A stretch of DNA of 64,000 nucleotides from Squalus acanthias (lineage: Eukaryota): NCBI GenBank assembly GCA_030390025.1, contig CM059432.1:147500001-147564000 (forward strand). The letters are read 5' to 3'. The notes below the pieces were generated by a model. The model did no database searches and was not told the DNA's origin. It saw only the letters and a program-made list of their open reading frames with translations. The translations under genes and the position numbers were made by a program. Every line of letters begins with the position of its first letter. Positions within the stretch are counted from its first letter, which is position 1. Shown one piece after another: positions 11,502-25,185 of the stretch.

Positions 11502-14417
11502 GGCCGGAGTATTACCGGTGCTGAGAGGGCGGGATCAGAGGAGGGTCAGCTGTCAAAACAGAAAAGACGGCAGGTGGGGTTGAGATGACAGAAGCGATCT
11601 GTCAATGGTGAGAGATATTGTTCCAATGAGGTGACACTGGATAGAGAGATCCCGCTGTCGAGCCGCCTCCACACGAGTCTCCCAGATGTCGGGTCTGTCA
11701 GCGCTGAACAGACCTGACACCAAGCGGCGGGGGAGACAATTTAGATCATTAAATGCATTGTTAAGAGGCAATTAAGTCTCATTTTAAGCCCACCTTTAGA
11801 TTTTTAGAATTTGCCAACGGCTTCCCCTCTGCTCGGGAATCACGTCAGGTAAAGAGGTTGGGTGTTGTGTCAGCATGGGATGGTTTACTAACTTAACAGC
11901 TGCAAATGGTCTATAAAAGCTCCCATTTCATAGGTCTTCACTTTCCAAGCTCAGAAGCTGTTGCTTACTGCATTTGGAAGACAGATTGAGCTTTATGCAA
12001 CTAGCAAGTGTTTGGAGCAAACTCTCTATCCAGTGTCACCTCATTGGAACAACCCCTCTCACCATTGACAGATCGCTTCTATCATCTCAACCTCACCTGC
12101 CATCTATTCCATCAGCAACGATGCCCTCATAAAATCTCACCTTGGTCCTCCGAATCCCACCATGGTCAGCCCCAACACCAGCATCACCAGGCACACCAGC
12201 ATCACCAACAACAACGCCAACCCTCTCCGCAATCAACTGATGCTGCACAGGACACAGGGCATCAGCACCCGACCACATTGCTGCCCGGGACGCCAGCGAT
12301 GGCCTCACCATGGCCAGATTTACTTCACTGGACGCTGCACACCCTGGCTCCCACATGATGCGCCAGGTTGTCACCACCCCACACCAACACCATAAAGCAT
12401 CCGTACAATGACCAAGCCATTCCTTTCACACTCATCAGCATTGCGGGGGGTACCATTATTTCTTGCCATTCACTGCAACTCACTAAGCCACTTCCAAAGG
12501 TGCACATAAATCTGTCCAAGAAAGCAAAGTGTTGAAAATAAAGATTTCAATGTTTGACACCACATTAACAGAAACTTCACATGAACATTGGCTAAAACAC
12601 ACAAGTGCCTACCCTTGTGTGTTGTTAGTTGGTATGATTACACTAGGATGAGGGTGAGTGTGAGGAGTGGCTAGTGAGATGGGGAAGTGATAATGTAGAT
12701 AGAGAGGGATGGGTGGAGGTGCAAGGTAAGTTGGTGTGAGTAAAGATGTGCAGGAGTAGGGTAGGGAAGGCAGAGTGATGGGGATATGATGAGTGGCACA
12801 GCAGGATGAGGTTGAGTATGGCTTGGCAGTAACATTTCGTGATCTACTGAGATCATTAAAATGTTTGCGCTACTGCACCCTGGTCCTCCTGACCACATCC
12901 CTGCTTGTGTCCTCCTGTGCAATGTGCAACCAGGCTGCGTTGATCTCCTGGGGAGGTCTTTTCCGTCCATGGGAAGGGAAGAGAACCTCCCTGCATGCTG
13001 CGACTCGCTCCATAAGCATATGGAGGAAGTCATGGGAGAGCCTGGGTGCAGTCCTGCACCTCTGTGCAGTGATTGTCAGTGTTTGCAGCACCTCAATGCT
13101 GTAGAACACTGACAGCACAACTGTCAAAATCAATTTGGACATGGCCCCTTTAAGGAAACCGACTGATGATGTGTCATCAGGGGGAGGTCGGGGGGAGATC
13201 GCAAGGGTTGTGGGGGTTGGTGAGGCAGGGCTTCTGGATCCAGCAGGTAAGTGGAAAGGCACTCACCTCCTGGATCCTACAGTCCTCGCCTCCCTTTAGC
13301 TGGAGGGTGCCCTGAGGCCTGGGAAACCTGACCACCCACAGTTAAATTTAAAATGGTGCACCACCATAAGGCATGGAGCCTCATTATAATATTTAAAATG
13401 CCAACCCGTCTCCTGGGAGCTGGTTGGCTATCCGCCCTCCAGTCCCGCCTCCGTTAAAACCGGATGTGGGCGGGTGGGAGGCAGGTAGGGTTCGGGGTTC
13501 AGATTTTGCCGGCGCTCAGAGGGCGGGTTTGGAGGCGGGTCAGAGGTTAAATTCGATTTGATTGACGGCAGGTTCCGATCCTGCCGTCAACCCGCCTCCA
13601 AACAGCTTTCCCAAGTGTCGGGTCCCCGATTTGCAAATGGACCCGACACCTAGCAGCGGGAAGCGAATTAAAGTCAATTACCTGCCTGTTAACAGATACT
13701 TGTGAGTAGTTGACAGCCTATTTTTGGTTTTGCCGCTTCTGGCTCGGGTTTCCCGATGTCCGGACACCACGCCAGGTAAGTGTGGCGTGTTGTGAGTCTG
13801 CTGTAATGTTTGTGGAATGATGACAGCTGCAGAAGTGGTGTGAAGGATCCAATGTTGCACATGGTGAGTCTCAGAGCAAAGAAAATGTTGGGTACTGCAT
13901 TTTTAAACATTTACAGATTTTTTTAGGTTACAAGTTTTGAAATCCATGTCCAGTGCCACCTCACTGGGAGAACCTCTCTCACCAGTGACAGATCACTTCT
14001 GTCACCTCACCTGCAGCTACCATCTATTCCAGCCTATGGAGGGAGTCATTGGAGAGCCTGGGTGCGAGAGTTCACCTTTGTACAGTGATTGTCAGTGTTT
14101 TCAGCACCTCAATGCTGTCAAACACTGAGCAATCAACTGTCAAAATCAAATTGTGCGTGGTCCCTTTAAGGAAACCGGCAGATGACGCTTCATCACATGA
14201 CGTCATCGGACCCGCTTCCTGTTAATTGGCCGGTGGGCGGGGCTTAACAAGGTCAATCAATGGAAAATCACGTCTGTGGCGCGGAGGCAGCTGGGGGCGG
14301 GACCGGAATCCGTAAACCAGCTGTCCCGCACCCATCCCGACACCGCTGACAAAATCGCGGCCTTTATCTTCCCAGCCAATCACAACCCACTAGTTTTTTG
14401 GGGTTAAAATTCCCCTC
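11502..14417 (-). mobile_element. Composite of nested Harbinger fragments with a Myb remnant (about 12830-13060)
   Basis: 11502-13180 is an inverted relative of 15345-17147; 13200-13500 and 14365-14417 match the 50812-51647 family; a third piece lies at about 13500-14362. Confidence 0.75.
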
Positions 14418-14439
14418 AATAATCCAAAACAAAAATTAA

Positions 14440-15127
14440 TTGGCATTTGGAAAAGTATAGGCTAATAAATGAGTCAGCGCGGATGTGTGAAGTGATATAT
14501 TTTGGTAGGAAGAATGAAGAGAGGCAATATGAACTAATTTGTTAAATTTTAAAGGGGGTGCAGGAACAGAGAGACCTGGGAGTGTATTTACACAAATCTT
14601 TGAAACTGGTAGGACAAGTTGAGAAGGCTGGTAAAAAAGCATACGGGTTCCTTGGCTTTATTAATAGAGGAATAGCGTACAAAAGCCAGGAAGTTATGCT
14701 AAACCTTTATAAAATACTAGTTCAGCCCCAGCTGGAGTCTTGTGTCCAATTCTGGGCACCACATTTTAGGAAGGACATGAAGGTTTTCGAGAGGGTGCAG
14801 GAGAGATTTACTGGAATGGTTCCAGGGAATGAGGGAATTCAGTTATGTGGAGAGACTGGAGAAGCTGGGGTTGTTCTCCTTAGAGCAGAGAAGGTTAAGA
14901 GGAGATCTGATAGAGGTGTTCAAAATTATGAAGGGTCTTGATAAAGTAAATAAGGAGAAAATGTTTCCAGTGGCAGAAGGGTCAGTAACTTGAAGGGAGA
15001 CAATTTACAGGGCTATGGGGAAAGAGCAAGGGGAGTGTGACTGATTGGAGAGCTCTTTCAAAGAGCTGGCACAGGCACGATGGGCCGAATGGCCTCCTTC
15101 TGTGCTGTGTCCTTCTATGATTCTATG
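14440..15127 (+). mobile_element. CR1 LINE 3' portion
   Basis: EQRDLGV..LYKILVQPQLESCVQFWAP; TTCTATGA tail. Confidence 0.88.
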
Positions 15128-15344
15128 AAGCATAAATAACATAACATAGAGATGACAGTAATACTGTGTAAATGCATCTTTATTGCCAAAAGTGTCACAT
15201 TGGAATGTTTTACCACAGGGTACGGCAGATTCCACTGCATTTTTTAAGGAAGGAGTAGATAAACATTTGCAGCAGAGGACGATACTAGGCTATGGGGAGT
15301 GAGCAGCTTTCATTGCTCCAGCAAAAAGCCGGCACAGACACGAT

Positions 15345-17147
15345 GGGCTGGATTTTCACTGCGGAGGCAGGATGGCGGCGGGAGAGCTGGTTGGTGGGTT
15401 CCGGTCCCGCTCACGGCTGCAGCCGCGCTCTCAAAAAGATTTAACGTTGATTGGACTTGTTAAGCCCGCCCTGCAGGGTTCCCGACCAATTAACAGGAAG
15501 CGGGCCTGATGACGTCATTTGATGACGTGTCATCAGCCGGTTTGCTTAAAGGGACCATGGCCACATTGATTTTGACATTTGTGCTGTCAGTGTTCTACAG
15601 CATTGAGGTGCTGCAAATACTGACAGTCACTGCACAGGGGTGCACGGCTGCACTCAGGCTCTCCCATGACTCCCTCCATATGCTTATGGAGCGAGTCACA
15701 GCATGCAGGGAGGTCCTCTTCCCTTCCCATGGGCGAAAGAGACCTCCCCAGGAGATCAACGCAGCCTGGCTGCACATTGCACAGGAGGGCAGAAGAAGGG
15801 ATGTCGTCAGGAGTGCCTGGCTGCAGTGGCGCAAACCTTTCAATGATCTCAGTAGATCACGAAACGTTACTGCAAAGCCACACTCAACCTCATCCTGCTG
15901 TGCCACTCATCACATCCCCATCACTCTGCCTTTCCTACTCCTGCACATCCTTACTCACACCAACTTACCTTGCACCTCCACCCATCCCTCTCTATCTACA
16001 TTATCACTTCCCCATCTCACTAGCCACCCCTCACACTCACCCTCATCCTACTGCAAGCATAACAAATAACAACACACGAGGGTAGGCACTTGAGAGGTTT
16101 AGCCAATGTCCATGTGAAGTTTCTGGTAATGTGTTGTCATACAGCGAAATCTATATTTTCAACACTTCACCTTATTGGACAGATATGAGCGCACCTTGAG
16201 AAGTGTCTTACTGAGTTCCAGTGAATGTTGAGACATAACTTCCCCCCCCACCCCCCTCCCCCCTCCCCCGGCTATAGTGATGAGTGCGCGTGGAATGGCT
16301 TGGACATGAAAGGGATGCTTCACGGTGCTGGTGTGGGATGGTGTCAACCTGGCACACCATGTGGCAGCCAGGGTTTACAGCGTCAAGTGAAGTAAATCTG
16401 GCCATGGTGAAGCCATCACTGGCCTCCCGGGCAGCAATGTTGTCAGGGGCTGATGCCCTGTGTCCAGTGCAGCATCAGGTTATGGCGGAGAAGGTTGGTA
16501 TTGTTGATGGTGATGTTGGTGTGCCTGGTGCTGCTGGTGTTGGGGCTGATCGTGGAAGGTTTCAGAGGACCAAGGTGAGATTTTTCCAAGGGCACCGATG
16601 TTGCTGCAATAAATGTCAGCTGCAGGTGAGATGACAGAAGCGATCTGTCAATGGTGAGAAAGGTTCTCCCAATGAGGTGGCACTGATTATACAGTTGGCT
16701 GTAAACACTTGCAAGCTGAAGAAATCTTTATATGTCTTACAAATGCAGTAACCAACAGTTTCTGAGCTCTGAAACTGACCATCTGCAACATAGTACCCTT
16801 TACACCACTTCTGCAGCTGTTAGCTTATTAGATAAACAAAGCAGACTCAACTCACGCCAGTTTGAGCTGGCGTGTTCCCCGAGCAGCGAGTAACCCGTGG
16901 GGGAGAACGTAAATTGCAAGTTAGCCTCAAAATAGCATTAAGTTGGCTCTTAACAAGCCATTTAATGATCTAAACTGTCTCCCTCGCCGCTTGGTGTCGG
17001 GTCAGTTCTCCGCTGACAGACCCGACACCTGGGAGACTCGCGTGGAGGCAGGTTGACAGCGGGTTTCCTACCTGCTGTCAATCTTTGCTATTTTGACAGC
17101 GGACCCACCTCCAAACCCGCCCTCTGAGCGCCGGCAAAATCCAGCCC
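15345..17147 (+). mobile_element. Non-autonomous Harbinger with Myb exon remnant (about 15650-15870)
   Basis: Perfect 12-bp TIR GGGCTGGATTTT; flanks GAT/TAT; splits a CR1 3'UTR; EVLFPSHGRKRP..AAWLHIA..WLQWRKPFNDL. Confidence 0.88.
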
Positions 17148-17333
17148 TATAGGCTGAGTGGTCTCCTTCTGCGATGTAAACTTCGATGGTTATATTTGGT
17201 CGTCATTAGGTGGTAAAATTGTAGACAGTCCTGAATATGAGAAGATAAAGGACGAATTGGCTTAATACACTTGAATGAAGCCCATTCCGCAGAGTGCTAT
17301 AACTTCTCCTGAGTGAGGATATGAGGTAAGTCA

Positions 17334-17700
17334 ACAACAACAACAACTTGACTTTAATGTGAAAACAATGTTCCAGTGCACGTCACAGAGGTGTAATCAG
17401 AAAAAGAATGGATGCCAAGCCAAAGATGGAGATATTGAAAGAAGGTGGCCACAGGCTTGTGCAAAAATTTGAGTATTAAGGAGGGTCTTAAAAGAGGAGA
17501 GGGAGTTGGAGGGATGGAGGGGTTCAGGGAGGGAGTTATGGACGGGTGAAGGCATGGCCACCAGTGGTGGGGCAAAGGGAGGGGCCAAGGTGCACAAGAG
17601 GCCAGGATTGGAGGGATGGAGCGTTTGGGGGGTGAGAGGGAGGGCGAGGGGTGTTGTTGAGCTGCAGGAAGTTACCAGTATAGGGAGGGTTGAGGCTACT
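17334..17700 (-). mobile_element. Degenerate L2 LINE 3' fragment
   Basis: (CAA)n-CTTG tail and similarity to 25881-26200. Confidence 0.65.
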
Positions 17701-17947
17701 CATTAGCTGTATCTGTGTTCAAGTTGGATTTTCTTAAACAAGGTGAGGCTAACTATTGAATATGTACACGAAGGAGGAGCTCCTCATTTAGTCTTCTTTA
17801 CCTCTGGCTGTGGTTTTGCCAGAATGATAAATTGGATAACATGGGAATGTAAGTCAGATAGAACGTTTACAGATACAATATTGTTATCAATCAAGTAGTA
17901 GATACATTATATTTAAAGACATTTTTAAATTAATTTTATCTTGATAG

Positions 17948-18011
17948 GAGCCTTTTGACCAAAGATCCAACAGTTCATGTTAGAATCCTGAATGTAGTGA
18001 TTCAGGCACAG
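17948..18011 (+). CDS. Candidate internal exon of an unidentified host gene (SLLTKDPTVHVRILNVVIQAQ)
   Basis: T-rich acceptor ttttatcttgatAG, donor CAG|GTAATT, only one open frame, lies in unique AT-rich DNA. Confidence 0.5.
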
Positions 18012-18450
18012 GTAATTTATAAGCATAAATGGTTCAAAAGGGGGTACACTGTTTAATTCATTTATTTGTTATTTAGCAGACCACTAACCTTGCCTATACC
18101 TTGGTTCGCCATTTTAGAAATATAGGGAGTTGCCTTTGTAAACCACACTTAATCTGCAGCTACTGAAGATCCCAAATCTTAGGCAGATTCAGCTAGTAAA
18201 AACCTATTTCGCCACAAACTCACGTGAGTTGGCTCCCTTGAGACATGCTGGTCGGTCATATGTGTCTATCAGCTCGGTTCACGAAGCAGTCGCCATCATG
18301 TGTGCTGCTATCCGTTGTATATCCAGCTATCCTTCAGGGTTTAAAACAAACACCAAGCCCCAGTCTCTTCTCTTTTGCCTGTACCTAAAGCGATTTTAAC
18401 ATTGTCTGAGCTGAATTGTTCTTAATAAGTCAGCTTTCAATATTCCACAG

Positions 18451-18502
18451 TACTTGGCTGAATTTGAAACTCAAAGCCCATACACAATGACAGATGACGG
18501 AG
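18451..18502 (+). CDS. Candidate exon (YLAEFETQSPYTMTDDG)
   Basis: Acceptor tattccacAG, donor GAG|GTGAGT; phase-0 start fits the preceding candidate. Confidence 0.4.
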
Positions 18503-19375
18503 GTGAGTAATAACTGCTATTCAATCCATAGAACCAAGTGGCATCTTGAACTATGAAAGTGAAGCTTATTGATTCATCTGCCATCTGAATTTGAAGATTA
18601 AATTACAGCCGAATAATCTTTACTGTCTACTTTTTCATGCTTGTATAGTCTCAAAAAAGACTGCCAGTGCGAGATAAAATTAGATGGAATGGCACTGATT
18701 GACATCTAGGACAAGACATATAATGTTACTAGTACAAAATATGTGAACTATTTAGCAATTTAAAAGCTGGGTTTTTAGGAGACTTGACAGTCATTCTATT
18801 TGTTATCACACAACACAAGTGTAAAAAGCAAACTCATTGGCTCCATCCAGTGGCAAACATTCAGTTTAACCATTTAGGCCACGAAATTCACCCTCAGAGA
18901 GCCGATAGTTTTTGACCGTTATCTTTTTAAATGGCGTCCGCCGCGCTTCCGCCCGCTTCTGCTCTGGCCTGCCCTGTTCGCCATCTTGGCGAGGGCGATA
19001 GCGTGGGCGGGACGTGCATGCGCCGGCAGTATGCAGAGCAGACAGATTGTGAGGTCAGTCAGCGTGTAACACTGATTTAACGCACGGCCTGCCATTTTTG
19101 ACATCGCCGCTCCATTCAATGCCCTCTCCTGAACACACCTAAAACGTGCGTTCAGCTGCACGAGGGATCCCCCATCAGCGCTACTTAAAGGGACACATCC
19201 AACTTGCAGCCAAGTTGCTTATTGCTTTTGTACTGGCTCTTGCAGTGTTTGTAGGAGTACTGGGTTTCTGTAAGAGATTTGAAAAGTTGTTACAGTGTTC
19301 AGGGAGTGCTGCTGGATGTTGGAAAGGTGTTGGCTGCTACTGGAAGACCTTTGAGTTCACCACTTGCTCCCAGTC

Positions 19376-20514
19376 ATGGGGGCTCTAGTTGCAGTCCCCC
19401 TCGTGCTGCAGCATGACAGGGAGATGGAGCAGAGGCAGCAAAGACAAGCTGCTCACAGAGAGAGGAGGAGGGGGAGGAGGAGGGCTCTCAGCAGGAGGCC
19501 TTACCCACCTAGGGTCTTCAGGGAGCACTTCTCATACCTGCATCTAAGCAAGGAGCAGTGTGTTCGGCGACTCCGCTTCACCAAGGAGGTGGTCACAGAA
19601 CTCTGCCAGCTCTTGGAATAAGACCTGCAGCCTCAGAGCAGGGTGATGACGGCTCTGCCAGTGGTCCTCAAGGTGACCGTGGCCCTGAATTTTTTTGCCA
19701 GTGCATCCTTCCAGGCTGGAACAGGGGACATGGCAAACACCTCGCAGTTCGCTGTGATTGCTGCTTGCAGGGGCTCACAGAGGCTCTGTACGCAAAGAGA
19801 GGGGACTTCATTGCCTTCTCTGAAAACAGAGAGAAGCAGGAGGACGTGCATGTGGCTTTGCCAGGATATCGGCCTTCCCCATGGTGCAGGGCGCCATATG
19901 ACGGTACACACGTGGCTTTGCAGGCGCCGCATCTCAATAGTGAGATGATCCGTAACCGCAAAGGGTTCCACTCATTTAATTTGCAGTCGGTGTGCGACCA
20001 AACCCAGCACATCATGCTGGTCAATGCCCGCTATCCGGGCAGCAGTCATGATGCATTCATCCTGCGTCAGTCCGCTGTGTCAGCAATCTTCCAGCCACCA
20101 CGTCGAACCCAAGGGTGGCTGCTAGGCGACAAGGACTATCCGCTCTGCACCTGGCTGATGACTCCCCTCAGCAACTCCAGCACTCATGGCAAGCACTCAT
20201 ATAATGACAGCCACGCTGCTGCGAGGAACGTCATCGAGCAGACCATCGGGGTGCTGAAGCAATGGTTCCGCTGCCTTGACCTCTCGGGAGGAGCCCTCCA
20301 GTACTCGCCGGAGCGGGTCTTCCATTTCGTGGTGGTCTTCTGCATCCTCCACAACTTGGCCATCATGAGGGCCCAGCCCTTGCCACCACGGGTTCCGGGA
20401 TCACCTCAGGAGGAGGAGGAGGAAGGGAGGAGGAGGAAGGGAGGAGGCAGCCTGCACATCCACATTCCTGACTGGGCTGTCCGTGAGCACACCATCAGAC
20501 TCTGGTTCCCCTGA
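19376..20514 (+). pseudogene. Harbinger (HARBI1-like) DDE transposase
   Basis: DGTHV, NRKGFHSFNLQ.VCD, YPGSSHD, WLLGDKDYP, YN..H...RNVIEQTIGVLK..FRCL, CILHN; stop at 19619-19621 and frameshifts. Confidence 0.95.
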
Positions 20515-20699
20515 ATGAAACCCCAGAACCCCATTGGCTCAACATTTCCCCACCTTACCACCCCTCTGTCACGAAACATCACAGCGTCCTCTTGGCCACA
20601 ATGCGGAAATGAATGACACCTCAAAACAAACATTCCAAACCACATTTAGAAATCAATCAATCCAATACTACATAACAAAGTCAACTGTTCACCCTTGTG

Positions 20700-22267
20700 C
20701 ATTCACTTAGTGCCTGTCTTCCGCGTGCCTTTGCCTGTCCTAGTGCTACCCCAGTGGCTGCAGCATGGCTGGTGGAAGGCTGCTGACTTTCAGTGGGAGA
20801 GACTGCAGATTACATTGAGCAGCTCTGGGCCTAGAGGTCCCAGCTGTAGACTGCACCACGGCATGGGTGGCAGCAGTCTGGGCTGGCTGGCTGACAGGCA
20901 ACACCAAGGGCAGGGGTGGGCGGACGAATGTTGTCACCCTGAGAGAAGACAGCAGGTTTGTGCTCCACGGAGCCACTGCCACTTCCCCGGGGCGGTGCCT
21001 CAGCAATCCTAGTAATCTGTTCGAGGACAGATTGCTGGACTGCTGTGACACCCTGCAAGCCCCTTTCAACACTGGTAAATGCAGCCACGATGGCAGCAAG
21101 CTGAGCCTGCATGAAAGCAGTTTGAGCTTCCACTGCAGCACTCAGACATGGGTCACTTTCGCTTGTGCTGCACTGGAAGCTGAGACATCGCTCATCAGAC
21201 TCTGCATCATAGTTGGGTCCATAAGTCCGCTAATGGAGTTGCCCATCGCTTCCATCCTGGAAATCATGGGCTCCAAGCTCTGCGCAAAGCCCTATGCAAA
21301 GTTGGTGCCGAACTCCTCCATGCTCCTTGACAGGGAAAACATGTTCTCTGGCAGACCTGCCCTTGCACCAAGCAGTTCTGTGTGCATGCCCATCACCCTT
21401 CTGTAGGCTATCCCATCGCAGTCCTCATCTGATTCCTCTGCAGCAGAGCTCGTGTGTGACCTCGCCCTCTGGGGAGCTGGCACCTGTGCTACCCTTTCCC
21501 CCTGCCCTGGCTGCAGCCCACTCGTGCCCGGTGACTCACCACGTGCAGATCCCGTCTTTATACTACCCTTTAAAGTACACGCAGTGCCAGTTTCTGAGCT
21601 GGTGCCTGCGAGTGTGAGATCGAGTAACGGTGTCTCTTCTCCTCCATCACTCTCCTCTTGCTCTTCCTGCGCTGGCTGGCCAGGTTGGAGTTCTTGGGTA
21701 TCTGAAAGGAGAAAGGCACAAGGGTAGGGTTGTGGTTGAGGGGAGGGGGGAAAAGCAAGTTGTGCATGCTTACACCATCAGTAGCTTGTAATAGAGAAGA
21801 GATGTGTCTGTCATGGCTGAATAGCTGAAAGTGTGTGCAAGGCGTGAGATGTGGGTGTGAGGCTTGCAGTAGTGGTAAGTGTGTGAGGGTGAGGTGAAGC
21901 TATGAATGTGAGGTATGAGTCGTGATTGATAGAGATTGTTGGTAGGTGAGTGATGGGGTGTGGTGCATTGAGCAGATGTGTGAGGCTAGTGGTGCAGCTG
22001 GCGGGACACGGCTTTTGACGGCATTCATTGACCTTGACCACTTGTGTGAGGTCATTAAACTTCTTTCGACACTTTTTCTAGGTCTTCGGAGCAAGGCTGC
22101 TGGCAGTCTTCGGCTATCTGCTCCCACAGCCTTCTGACTGTGTTTCTAGAGGTCCTCCAGGCCCCCTGCGGGTAGAGGACCTGTCTCCTGCTTTCTACCC
22201 CCTGCACTAAGGCCTCTAGTGCTGCATCCAAGATCCTTGGTGCCCTTTCTCTGCCCTGTTGAGCCAT
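20700..22267 (-). pseudogene. Harbinger Myb/SANT gene, spliced and decayed
   Basis: MAQQGRERAPRILDAALEALVQGVE..LYP..WEQIA; homologous to 3740 and 62893; 3' end approximate. Confidence 0.85.
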
Positions 22268-22444
22268 TATTCACTCAAGGTTGCCTTCAAAGCCAGCTCC
22301 AGCAGTTGCTGAATGCAGAATGCACCTTAAATTTAAGAGGTGCAGACTGCCTTTAAAAGTGGAGGCTCGCTTTAAATAGAACTAGCCTCGCACGAACTTC
22401 GACCCCCTGCTGAGCGCTCAGCCACTCAGCACTGGGCTTCATGT

Positions 22445-23325
22445 AACAATCAAGTGCCAGGCAATGACCATCTCCAACAAGTGAGAGTCTAACCACCTCC
22501 CCTTGACATTCAACGGCATTACCATCGCCGAATCCCCCACCATCAACATCCTAATTTTTTTTTGGATGCGCACCCCTTTAACAGGCTGCGTGGCCCATTC
22601 AAATTATCGCACATGCGTGTTTTTTTCCATTTAATAGCCGGTCCTCCAGTCCTCTGCGTGGCCACGCAGCTTAATGGAAACATCTACAAGGCACAAGTCA
22701 GGGGTGTGATGGAATACTCTCCACTTGCCTGGATGAGTGCAGCTCCAACAACACTCAAGAAGCTCAACACCATCCAGGACAAAGCAGCCCGCTTGATTGG
22801 CACCCCATCCACCACCTTAAACATTCACTCCCTCCACCACCGGCGTACCGTGGCTGCAGTGTGCACCATCTACAAGATGCACTGCAGCAACTCGCCAAGG
22901 CTTCTTCGGCAGCACCTCCCAAACCCACGACCTCCACCACCTAGAAGGACAAGGGCAGCAGGCGCATGGGAACACCATCACCTCCAAGTTCCTCTCCAAG
23001 TCACATATCATCCTGATTTGGAAATATATCGCCATTCCTTCATCGTCTCTGGGTCAAAATCCTGGAACTCCCTCCCTAACAGCACTGTGGGAGCACCTTC
23101 ACCACACGGACTGTTGCGATTCAAGAAGTCGGCTCACCACCACCTTCTCAAGGGCAATTAGGGATGGGCAATAAATGCTGAAATAACAACAGAAAACGCT
23201 GGAAAAACTCAGCAGGCCAGGCAGCATCCGTGGAGAGAGAAAGAGAGTTAACGTTTCAGGTCGATGACCTTTCATCAGAACTTGCCTTGCCAGCGACTCT
23301 CACATCCCATGAATTAATTTAAAAA
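22445..23325 (+). mobile_element. RTE-X-like LINE 3' fragments nested in the Harbinger
   Basis: YKAQVRGVMEYSPLAW..TTLKKLNTIQDKAARLIG; A tail. Confidence 0.85.
23246..23282 (-). ncRNA. Minimal hammerhead motif in PLE family A fragment 23178-23282
   Basis: aguu-CUGAUGA-a-agguc/auc/gaccu-GAAA-CGUU-aacu. Confidence 0.85.
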
Positions 23326-23715
23326 ATGTTAATTAGCAGGCAGCACGAAGGTCGCGAGCTGCCTGCATTACTTTCAAAAGGGCGCGGGGCCGATCGCGCA
23401 TCGCGATCCCCATGCCCGTTTTCATGCCTAATCGTATTTTTAGCCCGTAGTTTTAAAACGTCCATCTCACTTTTGTTCCACTTTTCTCCACTCCTCCCTA
23501 CAATAGTGTGAGATATGTTGCGTTACAGTTGCACTGGTGCCAGCACAGCCCTCGGATTCCTTGTCCAAATACTTATTCTTCATAAGGTTGATTCTGTGAT
23601 CAGGCTCACTTAGTGGAGAGTGGAACTTGTAGCGAGCTTATGTCAGAAAAATCGGAGGACTTAAAATTTCTTCAAATGTGCTTTCTATGAGTGCCAACCC
23701 CGGCTGAGAGATACG

Positions 23716-24255
23716 TGAGCTCGACGGTGAGATCCAGTACTGGCTGAGAGCACTGGATCAAGGCATCACCACTAATATCTGAGCTCGACAGTGAGATCCA
23801 CTCCTGGCTGAGAGTACTGGATCAAGGAATCACCACTAATATGTGAGCTCGATGGTGAGATCCAGTACTGGCTGAGAGCGCTGGATCAAGGCATCACCAC
23901 TAATATGTGAGCTCGATGGTGAGATCCAGTACTGGCTGAGAGCGCTGGATCAAGGAATCACCACTAGTATCTGAGCTCGATGGTGAGATCCAGTACTGGC
24001 TGAGAGCGCTGGATCAAGGCATCACCACTAATATGTGAGCTCGATGGTGAGATCCAGTACTGGCTGAGAGCACTGGATCAAGGAATCACCAATAATATGT
24101 GAGCTCGACAGCGTGATCCAGTACTGGCTGAGAGCGCTGGATCAAGGAATCACCACTAATATGTGAGCTCGATGGTGAGATCCACTCCTGGCTGAGAGCG
24201 CTGGATCAAGGAATCACCACTAATATGTGAGCTCGATGGTGAGATCCAGTACTGG
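23716..24255. repeat. 64-bp minisatellite, about 8.4 copies
   Basis: TGAGCTC recurs at 23716, 23780, 23844, 23908, 23972, 24036, 24100, 24164, 24228. Confidence 0.97.
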
Positions 24256-25185
24256 TTTGGAGTAGTTGAAGCTAGATAAGTACATGAGGGAGAAAGGAAT
24301 AGAAGGATATGCTGATAGGGTTAGATGAAGTCGGATGGGAGGAGGCTCATGTGGAGCATAAACTCTGACATGGACAATTTGGGCCAAATGGCCTGTTTCT
24401 GTCCAATAAATTCGATGTAACTATGGGTTAAACCTGAACCTTTCTTGGTCTATGTGGCTCAGCACTACACCATGTGGTGCATTTACTCAGTGAGCTAGTG
24501 GAAGATGTAGGCAAGGTAACATTTATTATTAATGTCGCAGCAGGCTGAATCTGCCACTGTCGTGTTTAAAACTGTTAAACATGCTGCTCTGTTAACAGTA
24601 AGAACTTCACACGTTCCCAAAAAAAACCAGATGGTATAAAGGTGTTAAGAGGGTAGTGCGCACATATTTGAATAAACTATGGCCTGCTGTTAACTGCAGA
24701 AGAGAAAATCCCGATGCACTTTCCCATACTAATCTATATAGTTCAAGAATTTTGTGTCCTGTGCCAAACTGCAAGGCTTCGTCCCTCCAGGATGCCACAC
24801 CTCAGTGGAGAATAATTTAGTGATCGGCCAAAATGAGGATTTATCAGTTAAGACACCAATGAAATAGTCAATAGACTATAAACGTAAACAAATGAAAAGT
24901 AGTTAATGGAAAAAAAAAAGCAAGCCTGAATTTGCTGGTAACAGGAAGCAACCAATCAAATCAGTAAACTAATTTAATGAAGTACGTCTGGGTCACCATC
25001 TTGAACTTTCCATATATCTGAAAATTCACCATTAAAAGTATAATTTATAACATAAGTAACCCATAAAAATCAGAATGAATAAAGTGCTTATTTTCAATTA
25101 TCAATTAGCCGGTACAATTGTAGATGGGGAAGGACATTCAGCCCATCCAGAGAGACCCTAAAGTCCCCTATTGCAGAATTAAATT

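Larger units (their letters stand above)
18877..23446. mobile_element. Autonomous-type Harbinger (convergent transposase and Myb genes), decayed
   Basis: Degenerate termini GGCCACGAAATT / TATTTTTAGCCC; flanks TTA/GTA; both genes present. Confidence 0.85.

Noticed and set aside
17293..17325. Exon with strong GAG|GTAAGT donor
   Set aside because: Stop codons in all three frames
19376..20514. Domesticated host gene HARBI1
   Set aside because: Stop codon and frameshifts, TIR-bounded, paired with a Myb gene, and multicopy within the window
23716..24255. CRISPR array (palindromic repeat with a 64-bp period)
   Set aside because: The whole unit repeats, with no unique spacers and no cas genes, in a vertebrate context
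24463..24515. Candidate exon ALHHVVHLLSELVEDVGK with an AAG|GTAACA donor
   Set aside because: Weak acceptor and overlap with what looks like an antisense tRNA-SINE head; not fully excluded
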